A stretch of 64,000 nt of DNA, taken from assembly GCA_964016885.1 (NCBI GenBank), contig OZ024742.1:57226001-57290000 (forward strand), in the 5' to 3' direction. The notes beneath the pieces are model-generated. The model saw only the letters and a program-made list of their open reading frames with translations, searched no databases and was not told where the DNA came from. This document shows, in pieces, positions 10,820 to 24,953 of this stretch (position 1 is its first letter; each line of letters opens with the position of its first letter). This stretch comes from Eledone cirrhosa (lineage: Eukaryota). The position numbers and the translations under genes were made by a program.

Positions 10820-13800
10820 TGTTTCTTTATTTATTTGCCACAGGGGCGTACAAAAATGGGACATTACAAGACGTGACGGCGTGGGTTTTACATAAAATCT
10901 TTAACAATGATAAATAACAATAAACTATATAAAAATAAAACAATTGAAATCCCCATTAGGTGGGGAGGGGCTAACGCTACTGCGGGGTTGTTTTACACCC
11001 CGTGGATAGAACAACCCTCAACACCAAGAACACGTTTTGTAGGTGTTCCCGTCTTCCCTCTGTTTATCTTCCTCAACCTACAGATTTATATACAGAGAAG
11101 GTCCATTTACTCGGGCCATTTTCGCCACATTCACCCACCTTTCAGCGAATTTACTGGGGTGTAGCACCTCTCTCTCCATTTTCACCTTCCTTCTGAAGTG
11201 ATATTTAAAGAAGGGGGTGAGTTGTTGTGCGGAGAGAAAGGTGCTTGCCCTCAGTCCTTTTAACCTCGTCCATCATATTACCTCTTTCGCCATAGCCACC
11301 TAACAGAGGAAGACCGCCTCTCCCTCATTCTTAAATGAAGGCGGCGGAGTGATCCTCACGATGGACTCGGCTGACAACTGTATGCCTTCCACACGTGATA
11401 GTAGCTGTTCGATATAATTCCACAGGTCGGTCACCCCTGGGCACTGAACAATTGCGTGCAGAAAGGTTTCGATGTCCTGCTCGCATCTTGGCCAGGTCCT
11501 TTTGGCAGGATCTCTGCCAGGGCGTCCGTGCCTGTAGATTTTGACTCGAATTGGTAGAGCTCCTCTGTAGCACTGCCAGGCCAGAGACCTCTGGGAGTTA
11601 TTCATAGGCCCTGGACGGAAAGTCCTCCCAAACAGACTGGTCAGTTCGTCTTCCTCAATGCCTAGAGTTTCCCCGAGAACGTCGTCACACATATCCTCCA
11701 CTAATCCCCTATAGAATGTCAAAGTGGAGTCTCTGCTGATTGCCGTTTCCGCTTGGTAGAGGGCTGTGAGCGCCTGAAGGTACTCGAGGTGCCAGGTGCC
11801 CATTTTCGGTCTTCGCTTGACCCAGGACTGCAGCTCTGTTAGTGAGACGAGTTGTGGAAAAGCTTGTCTCACAAACGACAGCCACACCGGTTCGCCAGTC
11901 AGGAACACCTGGAGATGGCGTAGCCTCAGCTCGTGTTTGCGCATCATCAGCCACTGCATTCCCAGCCCTCCGTTAGCAGGGTGTTGACAGCAGATGGATC
12001 TTTTCACCAATGGAGCCTGTTTCTTCCAGAGGAACTTGAAGAGTAGGCGTTCCATTTTGGTGAGGTACTCGTGGGGACAAGGCACGACTGTCAAGCGGTA
12101 GTAGATGACGGACGCTGTGTAAGTGTTCGCCACCTCCGCTCGACCTTTCAAGGAGAGTTTGCACTCATCCCACTTCTGGGTGAGTGCAAACACCTTCGCT
12201 GTGACCTCGTTCCAGTTCTTGTCCACCTGGAGATCTGTACCAAACCAGACCCCGAGCAATTTCACCGGTCCTTCCGTCCAGCATCAAACGACACTGTCGG
12301 AAGGCATGGGTTTGCCTCTCCATGTGCCGAGTTGCAAACCGACAGACTTGTTTGGGTTTAGTCTTGCTCCTATTAACGTTTCGTATTCCTCTAATAGGTT
12401 TCCAATTACCCCGAGGTTTTCGACACCAATACGGTTATGTTGTCGGCATAGGCCGACGCTGCTTTCCGCAGTCCTGGTTCGATCGGGATGCCCTGCAACA
12501 GCTCCAACTTCCGCAGTAATGGCTCGAGAGTCAGTACATTTATAATGGAGAAGAGAGGGCACTCCTGACGGATGGAACGCATGATTTGGAATGGCTCCGA
12601 TAGGTAGCCATTCACCTTGACTGCCGAGCAGATGCTGGTGTGCATGGCAGCGAACCAGCCTCTGAAGGGGGACCGAAGCCGGCCGCCTTGAGAACCACTT
12701 CCAAGTATTGATGCTCGACCCTATCAAATGCCTTATATTGATCTAAATTGATCAGAGCCCCACCGAAGCCAGGTTTACACCCACCCTCTCTATGATGTAT
12801 CGCATGAGGTGGAGGTTGTAGTGTATGGACCTGGTCGGGATTGCACACGTTTGCGCTTCCCCTACCAGGTTCTCGACGACAAGCGTCAGCCTCGGTGCTA
12901 ACACCTTGGCCAAAATCTTTAACTGTGTTGAGCAGAGTTACGGGCCTGAAATTGCTTAACTCATCCCCCTTGTTCTCATCTTTCCTGATCCCCGTTACTA
13001 CGCCTCTGCCTACAGAACTGGGAATCCTCCCGTTCTGCTGCCAGTTGCAGTAAACCGCTTCAAGGACGCCAGAGAACAAGTCTGGCATGCCTATGTAAAA
13101 CTCATAGGATAGACCATCTAAACCGGGTGATTTGCGTTTCCCACAGCGGCCTAGGGCATCTTCTATTTCGCCCGCTGTGATCGGCCTTTCGCAGCTCTCC
13201 GCATCCGTGCTCGAGAATCGTGGTACGCCGTCGAGGTAGGAGCTGAAGTCCATCACCTCCCTTGACGTACCGCTTTGCCCGAACAGTTGTGCAAAATGTT
13301 GCTGGAAGGACGTGCACATCTGCTTGGATTCAAGTAGAATACGTCCATCTTTGTCTTGCAAAGACAGAATTGTGGATTTGTTGCCACTTTTCTCCTCTGC
13401 CACTCGGGCCCAGCTAACAGCTTTGGCTCCCTCGTTTCTTAGAGCACGTGTTCTACTTCTGACAATACAACCTTCGTGTTTCACGTTGAAGAACTGGTCT
13501 TGTGCCGTTCTCGCCGCTAGCACGTCAACTGTACTGCCATTCCTAAGTGCCTCTTCTACTTTAGCTACCAGCTCCTTTTCGGTTTTGTTTTTTTATAAAG
13601 CTACTTCCTTGCTAAATGCTATTTTCTATTCTAATTGCTCTCTTGAGAGAACTCCACCACCTGTTGTTCACGATCGCCCCCATCAACTGGCACTTAACTA
13701 AGATGCTAATCCGTTTACTGTAGGCCTTACGCGCCGGAAGCGACATGTTTAGCTTTCAGTATCTGGGTCCATGTCTATGTGTTCTATCAAGGTTGACTAC

Positions 13801-16038
13801 GCAGGTGACTAATTTTGTCTGAATAGGCAACCATGTGCATTTGTGGACAGCTTAATGTTTCCTTATCTACTCTTCTAATTAAAATTTATCTAAATACGAC
13901 CTAGAAGACCCAGTGCGGTTGCTGCACGTCCACAGTGGTACACTTTGGAATTCTAATCGATATCTATCGGCCAGTTGGAATCGGCTGATGAGATTTTTGA
14001 GGCTATTACACCCCCTCTATTATCACAAGCTCCTACATAGTCCCAACGTGCATCTAAGATGCCATTTCAGCCCCCGCTAACACTAAGGAGCGAGACGTTC
14101 CCAGGAATGGCTCCAGACGCTTGAAGAACTCTGGTCGCGATGTCCCAGTCGGGGTATATATACGGCCACCAGTCTGAAATCTCCACCTTCACTACCATTC
14201 ACGTCGAGGACCACCAAGCTGCCCTCCGGGTCCAAGTGAAACGTTTGTGCTTTGAGATCCAAGTTTTTTCGAAACAGAACAGCAACTCCCCCTCCACCTC
14301 CTGGCTGACAGAGAAATGCGTAGATCTCAAAGTGGCTATCACATCTATACAATGTGACCTGAGATCATTTCAAAACTGGCCCTGTTTCCAGGGCATGCCC
14401 AGGCCACGTACATTCAAACATGCAACTTGTATATTCGCCATGTTGGTGAAGAAGAGATAGGGAGAGAAAAGGCAGGAACACTTACCTTTTCGTTTCCTGG
14501 AGGTCGGGTTGTTCGATCTCCATGTCCAGATTAGGGGTGTTTGGGGAGGGAGGTAATCCTTTTAGCAGGACACGGTTAAGGGGTTTTTGGCAAGGGGGGC
14601 CCACATCATGTGGGAAGGTCCCTTTCAATGTTTCATGTTGTAGGGTTGTTACCCTGATCAGTTTGAGGTCGTTGGTGGGGAAGGTTTTCGCTTCAGTTTG
14701 GATAGTATGGTCCTTTCGGACAGTATCTACCAATTCTTTGTTTGTTGTTTTTATGTACGTGTAAATGTGTTTTGTATTTTATGTGTGCTGTTTCTGTTTG
14801 TAGATTTCTTTTTGTGGTTGGGGTTTGTGATTGTGGTGGTGTGAGTGTTTGTTTTGATGGTAAGTGTTTGGTTGTGTTGGTGATGATTGTGTTGTTGGTG
14901 TGTTTGTCGTTTGTGGAGGTGTGTTTATGGTGGAGTTGAGCGTGTGCGTGTTTTCTGCAGATGTTTTTGTTTTTGTGTTTTTGTGTCTCTTTTTTGTTTT
15001 TTGGATTTTTGGGGTTCCTCTTCATACTCACTTGGAGATGTAGAGGCTCCCGTGTCTGAGACTTCTGAATCAGGGGTAGATGGGAGGGGTATGTTGTGTG
15101 GTGGAGTGTTTGTGCAGGTGTTTGTGGAAGTATTTGACAGGGAGGGAGGAGGCAATGGAGGGTTTTTCAGTGGGATTTTGTGTGTGGTTGTCTCTGGTCT
15201 GTGGTGGTGTGGGAGTGCATGTTGCAGGTTTTTGTGTTGTGTTTGATGTTGGGGCTTTGGTGTTGGTAATAACACCTTGTTTTCCTCGGTTTGTTTAAGA
15301 GAGCGCAAAAGAGAGGACACACTTATGGCACTGAGGTCTTTTCCCTTCCACTAAAATTGAGATGACATCTTCCTCAAGGACGATCCTGTCCGGGATTTTC
15401 TCAACTCTCTCTGGCCTCATTTGTATCAAAACCTCGATGCAGGTTCCAAACCAGTTATTCCAGTCTGTCCTGTTAGATAGGAGGGTGTCCTCATCCTTCT
15501 TCAGGGTGCAGCGTAGGATCCACCATATGTTGACCTCTGCTGGGATCCTGGTTATTTTTATTTTGTAAGATCTTCTTCCCATGTATGTGGGGAAGAAGAT
15601 GTGTTGATCCGTTTTTATTGAGTGAACCGAGTGTTTTTGAGCCAGAGTTTCGCTCTTAAAGAGCACTGACACACTTCCATACTGCTTAGCTCTTTGGGGG
15701 TATGCCACGTCTGGCTTGATATCTTTTAGTGCAGCGTTATGGGTTTTTTTGGTAATGATGTCAACTGTTCTATAGATTAGTTTCTTTTTCTGTGTAATCT
15801 CTCTTACTCGTGGGGGTATGTGTATGTGTGGGGTGTCTCCCTCAAACGTCACATAGTTGGAGGCTTCTTCCAAATATTGGGACTTTTGGGAAATGTCCAT
15901 GGGTAATATTTAAAATCCTGTTGCTTAGCAACGGTTGCTGCAAATGAAATTTTGTTATTGTTATTGTTGGTGGTGATGATGGTCTCATTCGTTGTGTTGC
16001 CGCTGATTCCTTTTGTTGTATTGTTGTTGTTCTCATTT

Positions 16039-16069
<31 letters not shown>

Positions 16070-16534
16070 CTGCTGCTGCTGCTGCTGGTTGTGGTGGTGT
16101 TAGTATTTGCTACACATTCTTCCTTCTGTGTGTGGATACATGTGACGTTTGTGACGTCAGGCGTGTTCAGTTGCTTACAAGCAACTGAAGCTTGTTCCTC
16201 TTCTAAATGTTGAGGTGATAATGTTGGCATTCCTTTGTCCTGGTCTTCTACTACCTGCTGGTCAAGTAGGCATGGCTTTCCCTTCCCATCTTCTTGTATT
16301 GAGAAAAAGAAGTAGGTGCCTTTGCTTCGGCCATTTTTTTTAAATTGAAATGTTTTGCAAAAATATTTTCGAAAATATGTTGGATGTTTTTGCCCTGAGG
16401 GGCACGATATTTTGGGAGACTGACCAGATCAAAATTTGACCTGTCAGTCCCTCTACAAATTGGTATAAAAATAAAAGACGAATTTCTAAAGGAATTTAAA
16501 CAAAACTTACCGAGCAAGTTTAACACATGTGTCC
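10820..16534 (-). mobile_element. Tx1/L1-clade LINE, copy B (diverged subfamily, multiply frameshifted)
   Basis: ORF1 pieces 14482-~16330 (YMGRRS, VEGKRPQCHKC). ORF2 11078-14441 with RPVTLLN, DQYKAFDRVEH, YADN and KLSLKGRAEVAN. Confidence 0.93.
11078..14441 (-). pseudogene. ORF2 (APE-RT) of copy B, disrupted
   Basis: ORF pieces 14083-14352, 12612-13523, 12406-12645, 12284-12727 and 11300-12265 are collinear with copy A ORF2. Confidence 0.9.
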
Positions 16535-16546
16535 AGATAGATAGAT

Positions 16547-16635
<89 letters not shown>

Positions 16636-16638
16636 CAA

Positions 16639-16686
<48 letters not shown>
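16535..16686. repeat. (GATA)n then (TA)n microsatellite at the 5' junction of copy B
   Basis: Direct inspection. Confidence 0.97.
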
Positions 16687-16690
<4 letters not shown>

Positions 16691-17295
16691 ACAAATTACA
16701 TATGTGTGTTTGTGTGTAGATATATAAAGGCACATTACACATCAACTTTTTTTATATATGTGTGTATATATGTGTGGTTACGTAGATAACTACAATAAGA
16801 AATGCCCTAATTGGAAACAACATATGGCTCAAACATCAAAGACAGAAAGTATTATAGTAATAAAATACTCAGAAAATAAATTTGATCATGGCGTGTTGAA
16901 ATATAAAAAAATGAAGAGTTGATGTAATAAAAATATTTGGTTGCTTTTGTTTTACTACCCAATATCGATGGAAATTGGACTGAATCGAATTTTTTGTAGA
17001 ATTGTCGCAGAATCTTTAGTTTGCTTTTGTCTTTGTTTATTGTATTGAAACTTTCGTTCATAGAACTATATCGCTCAATTTAGGCAACGTGGTTTGTTTC
17101 TCAACGTGGTTTGAAAACCATTGTTTGTGCACATATAATGTCTGGTATAATAAACTAGACATCACAATGGTATTATTTGTATTAAGTAAATGGAGAGGTT
17201 TAGTCCGTCGTTCCAGAGAGCTTTGGGTGGGGGATGTAAGAGACAAAGGTGGCGAAAGACAGGATAGTTTTAATGAGGCATGTAGAAAATTGAAG

Positions 17296-17499
17296 AGACG
17301 GCGAATTGACAAAGTTTAGAACGTCAGATAAAATGATTTGGGGTACTCGTTCCGGCTCCATTCGACCCGAAATCAACTTTGGGGTATTCGTTCCGAGATC
17401 AACTTTGCTTTTCATTCTTTCAGGGGTCAACACAAAAGTACCAACAAAGTACTAGAATCAATTCTTACTATATATCGCCTTCTCACTTCTTCGCTATCA

Positions 17500-17531
<32 letters not shown>

Positions 17532-17645
17532 GGAAGAAATTGGCTGTGTTCAGATGTAGGGGGATGGGCTCCACGAGGTTTGAAAAGTGCTCAAGAAATA
17601 TCCCTGCGACCCCATCAAATGTTACGGCTCCATATACATACATAG
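17296..17645 (+). mobile_element. SINE with a 3' extension, shared with 22750-23065
   Basis: SINE body AACTTTGCTTTTCATTCTTTC followed by TCTCTGGAAGAA...GATGGGCT...CCCA in both copies. Confidence 0.65.
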
Positions 17646-18423
17646 AATTGAAGGCCTATGTATATTTAATACAAAAGGGGAAATATTTACATTACCAAAA
17701 TTTGAATGGAAAATATTCTAATTACAGCTCATAAAATTTTAGTGTTAATAGAATTAGATGAGGCAATGACATGGTACAGGGATTTCTTTTATAGCTCAGT
17801 ATTCACACAAATACATAAACTTAGCACAAAAAAGGTTATTAACCATTCTTAAATTATACAGCGTTTCCGTATGTATTTCCTATTCATAGTACTTAAAACT
17901 AGGTGAACTCGACTATTTGATAGTTTCGAATGTCACTCAATTACATACATATGGTCATACACGTAATAGAACTTAACACTGTAAAATAAATATTGATTTT
18001 ATTTAACCTAAATCGACTGACTCAACCACGGTATGTTCCTGTCCAATGAATGAATTAGCTTAAACAGAACTGATTCTTCCCTGCCACCACTACTGTTGGT
18101 AAGATTAAGGTCAACACCAAGAGAGAAAGAAAGGAAACCACAGAAAAAATGTGAACATTTCTCCCTAAATATGTATGTAAAAACAAAATATTTTCCCCCA
18201 TATTCTTATTATTCTTGTTAATATGCAATTTAATCGCATTATACACTTCCGTCGTTGAAAAAACGTATAAGCTGAAACCGGTACAATTAAATGCGGTAAT
18301 TCCTGTGGTTATTCTGAGAGAAAATCCCTTCAGCATTTTCTACTGCTTTTTTTTCCTTTTCTATGATTTTTTTATATATATCAACTCGTGTGTCACTTCT
18401 CTACATTTCATATATATATATAT

Positions 18424-18498
<75 letters not shown>

Positions 18499-18527
18499 AA
18501 CAAAAGATGGTTAAAAGAGTTCCATGT

Positions 18528-18596
18528 ATTTTATTATGCGCATTTCAAAAACAAATATCATCATGCAATAATATTTGTGTTTTCATCAGATAAAAC
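18528..18596 (-). ncRNA. Type I hammerhead ribozyme (F4) in a presumptive PLE pseudo-LTR
   Basis: GTTTTAT-CTGATGA-AAACACAAATATT...GATATTTGTTTTT-GAAA-TGCGC-ATA^-ATAAAAT. Palindromic stem III ATGCGCAT. Confidence 0.85.
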
Positions 18597-19319
18597 AGGA
18601 AGACATGATATGAAGGTTAAAAAACACTTATGGATAGTTCAGTTTTAAATCAACATATGAGAAGTAGTTTTAGATTGATGTGTGATATTGGGAAAAATAT
18701 TTTATTTAGAGGGGGGCGTTGGAAAGGATGAAAAAGAGGAGGAGATGAGAGTAAAAAGTGGAGAGGGAGGAGTATAATGAGGAAGGATGAGATAGGAGGA
18801 GAGATGGGTGATAGAGAGAGAGAGATAGCTTTTATAACTGAGAAAGATATATTGTTTTACATAGAGAGGTTGAAAACCGTTGGAAGATAATGTATAAATT
18901 AAAAGAATTTGAAAATTAACGAAGAGAAAAATAATGTAAAGTTAAGGTTTGTATATTGAGGGGTTTGATAATATGTGCGATGAAAAAGAAAATGTTAATA
19001 TGTATTGAGAATAATAATATTTAAGGTTTAATAATATGTGCGATGTTAAGAAAATGTTGATATGTATTATTAAAAGGAATAACAGGTTATTTAAGTAAGG
19101 AAATATTGAGAGGAGCATGAATGAGTTAGATGAAAGGGAGAAAAGAATAATGAATTGAGGATGAATAATCTAACGTCAAAAAAATGTGTATATGTTTACA
19201 AAGGATTTTTACAAGGTGATATAGAGTAAGAGTGTATTGTATTATGTAATAATTGATTCTATGTTAGGCAAGAGTGAGAAAAGGTACAGATTAGGGGTTA
19301 GACAATAAAACTCACCTCC

Positions 19320-19401
<82 letters not shown>

Positions 19402-19663
19402 GTATATTAATAATAGGTTTCTGTTATTTCAATCGAGGAAACTCAGTGACATGAATCGAGGACTGTCTCAGCATACAGTTGCTTTTAACTCAACATATGG
19501 ATCATCGCTCGAAGTTACTCCTAGGGTGATCTTCCGTAGGTACCACAATCGATAATCCGTGAAGTAATTATAATTAGTTACACGAATACACCGTTCCCAA
19601 TACAAGAAGGAATAGCATTTACTACATAATGTTTACATGTTTCATTAATATGTGAAATTATTA

Positions 19664-19843
19664 CATCTAGAAAGCACTAATCCCGAGAAGATATTAGGAT
19701 AAATCGGATTCGATTATGCTAATATCTTCGCACGTAAACTTTTCAAAACAGAATATTTTGATAAATTGATGTGCGAAGATATAGACATCATAATGGCATC
19801 CGAATTATTCCAATATCTTCTCGGGATTAGCGCTTTCTAGATG
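19664..19843. mobile_element. Foldback MITE-like element with TA flanks
   Basis: CATCTAGAAAGCACTAATCCCGAGAAGATATT ... AATATCTTCTCGGGATTAGCGCTTTCTAGATG. TA on both sides. It truncates the PLE RT frame. Confidence 0.75.
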
Positions 19844-19845
19844 TA

Positions 19846-21933
19846 ATGTGATTAGAATGTCCAGGAATTGCAGTTGGTCTTGACTATATTCCATTGTGAA
19901 TCGGATATTATTATTAATGCTGTTGATTAAGGTCTTGAATTCGTTCAGTTGGTCGAATATATTCGTCCATAGGATAAGACAGTCATACATGTAGCGTTTC
20001 CAGTTGTCTAGTAAATATGTGTGAAAGTTCAAGTTGTATTTTAATTTAGATTGTTCATATATATATACTTCCAGGTACGCTATGACTAAATTAGCGTCAG
20101 TCGGAGCAACGTTTGTACCCATCGTGTCGCCGATATTTGTTTGAAAATATTGCCATTGAAATATGAAAGGTGATGAAACCGTTTTCTATTCTTTCCGGGA
20201 TTTCATTATGGAATGTTTTCGGGCCAGAATGCTATTGCCTCTAGTCCGTATTGGTGTGGGATCGTATTGGTCAAAAGATACAATAATTATGTCTATGTTA
20301 ACGTGTTTAGAAAGATGTTTTAAGAGGTCCAGATCATCTCTTATAAGGCTTGGTATGTATTTAGGAATTGGTTTCTGTAATATGTTATAAAGTTAATGAG
20401 TTTGAGGGTTTCACAATTTGGGCCTGCCACAGTTAATCTTAGTTTAAGGTCTTCAGAGTGTTATATGCTTATACAGGTTGAATTGGATTCTTTACAGACA
20501 TCGTTAATCATTTTGCTCTTGTGGGATTTGAGAAAAGTCAATAAAGATTGAAGGTTTTGCAATCAAAATTAGTTAAATAGTCACATTATTTTTTGTTAAG
20601 CCTTTTAGATGTTGACAAATGGGTGTGTTTAGTCTGGTCATTGTTTTTTGTAGAAAAGTGTCTTGTAGAAAAGAAGAATATAGAATTTTTATAGTTTCAA
20701 CAACCATAATGTCAACAGTACTTCTCTAATTATAATGTAATTTTTTTTTTGTTATTTCATGGAAGATTTCCCATTCCTTTCGGCTGGTGTTGGGTTTTGG
20801 GTTTAAGGTGTTGTTCATTGTATGGGAAAGTTGATATGTGATCACAAAATTTATCAAAAGTTTATAGGGATTGTGATTGTAGGATGGTGACTGGTTTTAT
20901 TCCGTACAAGTTACTCGACATTGTTTTCATTGTCAAAATGTTGGTCGTAATTTTCTGCAGACGAGTGAGATATTGTCCTATATCTCATTGAGATTAAAGT
21001 ATTGTGATATTGGAGTGAATGTCATTCCCTTTGAGAGGATTTTGATTTGTTGGGTTGAGAGGTTTATATTTGATAGATTGATTTTTTCGATTTTTCAAAG
21101 TCGGTTTTTACCATCGAGTGTCGTGGATTCTGTTAACTTAGTCTAAAAAATAATGATCTTTTAAATTCGTCCTTTCATTGATATTTCTGTATCTGATGGA
21201 TTTCTTTTCTATTATTGTGTGGTCGTTTATAGATATTCGTAGGTTAAGACTGTTGTTGGTTTTATTTGGAATTGTTTTGCGGGTTGTATTTTCTGTTCCT
21301 TTATGTATTTTTTTATCTACGATCTCGGAATAAGTCCTGCCATGAAGCAGGGAGCACTTGGGTTCTTTTAGTGGAATTATTATGTTATTTTAGTTCTATA
21401 TTTTCACAACTCTCTCTCTCTCCAAATTTTATAGGTGTTTTCATGAAGGAAGTTGTCAGATAATTTTGAAATTTCTACTCCCATTTGTTAGTCGAATGAT
21501 ATGAGTTTTTCCTTGTTGCATTTGGATTTTAATTGTAAATAATAATTATATCTTCATTTCTAATATTTCTAAAGCTATCTTTTCCCTAATGTTTTGTTGG
21601 TTTTCAAGTTCATTATGGATAAGCTTTATTTGAAGATTTTAGGGAGAATGATCGGAGTCGAATTGAGCCACTTTTCCTATATATCTGTTTTACTGTTATT
21701 GCTTTGAAATTCCTAAGGGTGAAATTGCGGGTTATAAAGTTTGGAGTCCATATACGGTTCTGGGTGCTTTTCGCTGAGTGGGTTTGTCGTTGTAGATTGA
21801 TTTATGTTGGTTTTAAGATTTTGTTCTGGCTTTTGAAACATTGCTGTCTCTGTGGTTTTCCTTATCTGATTTAGTTTTTGAATAACACCCGCTTGTTGAG
21901 TATTCTCTTCTTCTTCGTGGGGTTCCTTGGCAT
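19846..21933 (-). pseudogene. Degenerate Penelope-like element ORF (N-terminus and RT)
   Basis: INLSNINLSTQQIKILSKGMTFTP, LKLRLTVAGPNCET, MGTNVAPTDANL, WKRYMYD (degenerate RYxDD), IRFTMEYSQDQLQFLDI. Confidence 0.8.
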
Positions 21934-22053
21934 AATTGTTTTTTTATTTCGTCAATTTTGTTTATCAAGAATAATGTTAGACTTTGGTGGCATTCCTCGT
22001 ATTACTATGGTGAGTATGTATAAGAAGTAAGGTTCTTTTATATCCCACACGAG

Positions 22054-22212
<159 letters not shown>

Positions 22213-22749
22213 CATGAATAATTATGGCTTGAATGCTTTCCATCGTAGGTCTGATTGATCGGGGTTAACCTACTACAAAAACATTTGAGGAGAGGTAAAA
22301 ACAATATTGCCCATATCTACTTTCTAGGACCCTCGTAGACTGCTTCACTGGAAGTAGAAATATTCCAAGAACTTATCATCGGACAGTGAATGCTAAAAAA
22401 TAAAGACTCCATGAAATTCTGAATCCGTCCTGATACTAAGAAGAAAATCAATAAAACTGGAAAGTAGTGTATTGGAAATGATTAAATTATTCACCTGGTG
22501 TGTTATATTCGTTTCTCTAGTCAGTCTAATGAATATTGATTTGACGGGTGTAAGCAATAGGCGAGAATCACAGTCGGACGACAAATCGATTTATTTTCAG
22601 TCTAGTAGCTGCAGGTTCGTATTCACTCGTCAACGTCACACAGTAGCTCATGACGAAACAGATTTAACTTTAATGGTTTTGTTTTTACATAACTAGCAAC
22701 TACTGTTTTATATCCCAAGTATCGATTAAGCTAGTCTGAATAGTGTTAA

Positions 22750-23065
22750 AGAGGCGGCGAATTGTCAGAGACTTTAGAACGTCGGATAGAATTATTTGTG
22801 GTATTCGTTCCAGCTCTCTGAGTTCAAATCTCGCCATGGTCAACTTTGCTTTTCTTTCTTTCGAGGGCAAACAAAAAAGTGCCAGTTAAATACTGGGATC
22901 GATTCTTCTTCTGCACATCTTTTTGTATCATTTTCTCTCTCTTTCTCTGGAAGAACTTGATTGTGTTTAGACTTGGAGAAGAGATGGGCTTTGTTAGGTT
23001 TTAAGAATAACCATACGGCGCCACTATGACCCCACCACTAGCAATGGATCCGTACATACATACTT
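22750..23065 (+). mobile_element. SINE with a 3' extension
   Basis: GAGTTCAAATCTCGCCATGGTCAACTTTGCTTTTC. Tail shared with 17460-17645. Confidence 0.7.
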
Positions 23066-23486
23066 AGTGTTAAGCAAACGAGAAATAGTTCTGCCCTCAT
23101 CGGCTCTTTGAAAGAATGTATTTATCTTATCACTCAGAATCTAGAATTCAGTACAAAATTCCCATCAATTTTATAATGACACTGCTGATTATTTGGGTGT
23201 CGAAGTAAGGGGTGCAGACGTGTAGTTAGTGGTTGTGTGTAAGTTGGGTGCATATTATGATACGTGTGTGCGTGTGTGAGTGTTAGGTGTTGTTGCAGGA
23301 AGTGTGGGTGTACTAATGTGTGTACACATGCGTCCGTGAGCAAACAAGTATATGAAACAAACGCAAACATTTATATGAATACAAACACATACTTCTGTGT
23401 CCCTGTGTATGCACTTGTGCATGTGTACATGTGTGCATGTGTGCATGTGTGCATATGTGCGTGCGTGTGTATGTATGTGGCAGGGT

Positions 23487-23537
<51 letters not shown>

Positions 23538-23562
23538 GCACACACATCCATATATATATGGA

Positions 23563-23639
<77 letters not shown>

Positions 23640-24030
23640 TCACTTCTGTTTAATTTATTTTCTCACTTTTTTTCTTTCCCCAATAACTTCCAAAGTTATT
23701 GACGCACTGGGGATATACCTATTGTATGTAACACGTTGAAACGTCCGAGACCCCCAGCAGACAACTGAAGAGAGGACCTGTCCCTTGTTTGTGCTTTCCT
23801 TTCATTTCTAAATACACTTTACCAGTAACCACATTGCACCTTGTTTCTTCTAAATATATATATATATACGCATTTCAAGAAGAGAAATAAGATTTCGCTT
23901 CAAGCATAGCTTTGTACAATATGTATAAAAATTTCATATTTCTAAAGAAATACGGTCTTAGGAAACCGTAGCTATGCAAACACCGGGGGCTAACGCTCTC
24001 TGGTGGTGTTCATCAGAAGGAAGGAGGACA

Positions 24031-24074
24031 ACCGTCTATGCATTTCAGGCTTGACTGGCCATCGTCAGGACGGT
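24031..24074 (-). ncRNA. Type I minimal hammerhead ribozyme (F5)
   Basis: ACCGTC-CTGACGA-t-GGC-cagtcaa-GCC-t-GAAA-TGC-ATA^-GACGGT. Palindromic stem III ATGCAT. Confidence 0.85.
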
Positions 24075-24324
24075 CCCTGCCACCGCTTGCAACTGCTGGA
24101 CTTGAAAGCAGCGGAGAATATATAGTTTTCTCGTCTGTGTAAATGAGGTGATTAATCTTATTTGCATGTGAATACTGCATAAGTTGGGTCAATTTATAAT
24201 AGAAAAGAAATAAGATTTCGCTTCAAGCATGGCTTTATACAATATGTATAGAAATTTCGTATTTCTTAGGAAGCCGTAGCTATTCAGGCACCGGGGGCTA
24301 ACGCCCTCGCAAGCGGTGGGACGG

Positions 24325-24368
24325 ATCGTTATGACGATGGCCAGTCAAGCCTGAAATGCATAGACGAT
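24325..24368 (+). ncRNA. Hammerhead (F5), C3A-mutated copy
   Basis: ATCGTT-ATGACGA-...-GAAA-TGC-ATA-GACGAT. Stem I covaries with the 24031 copy. Confidence 0.62.
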
Positions 24369-24465
24369 TGTCCCTCTTGCTTCTGCTGGACATCACCTGA
24401 GGGTGTTAGCCCCCCGCGGTGTTTGCATAGCTACGGCTTCCTAAGACCGTATTTCTATATAAATA

Positions 24466-24551
<86 letters not shown>

Positions 24552-24655
24552 ATAATAAATTTGAAGACTAAAATCCAAAGAGGGCTCGATAAGGATAAAT
24601 ATATATCAAATATATAAGAACCGTAGAGAAAATATTTATTAAAATAACAGATTAA

Positions 24656-24706
24656 AGTTTAAGCAAAGAATCGCTGCTTTCACCCTTAACGGGATCTTCT
24701 GAAACT
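24656..24706 (-). ncRNA. Hammerhead-like motif with CAGAAGA (U4A) core (F6)
   Basis: AGTTT-CAGAAGA-t-CCC-gttaa-GGG-t-GAAA-GCAG-cgattct-TTG-CTT^-AAACT. Confidence 0.6.
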
Positions 24707-24953
24707 AACAAAGTCAATCTGTAAACGCAGAAGTGGATATTTCAAAAAACGTTGCAACCGGAGGAAGACAGGAAGACGATACTTTGGTTCGTGGAAAGGT
24801 TCCCTGGCAAATAGCGGGGAAAAACGAATATAATACGTCATTAATAGGAGCGGTGACAAACAATTACACGCAAAGACAGGACCACGTTTATGGTATAAAA
24901 AAAGTCGTAGACTAATGTTATATCCACTTCTGCGTTTACAGATTGACTTTGTT

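Larger units (their letters stand above)
23870..24460. mobile_element. Hammerhead-bearing element F5: ~323-nt period direct repeat plus inverted segment
   Basis: AGAAATAAGATTTCGCTTCAAGC at 23883 and 24206. 24309-24456 is an inverted copy of ~23946-24090. Flanked by (TA)n. Confidence 0.85.

Noticed and set aside
23738-23790. GAAACGTC followed by CTGAAGA (possible type II or III hammerhead)
   Set aside because: No stem I pairing could be built.
23975-24020. Second CTGATGA in the F5 unit
   Set aside because: Not conserved in the inverted copy (CTGCTGG) and lacks GAAA/NUH.
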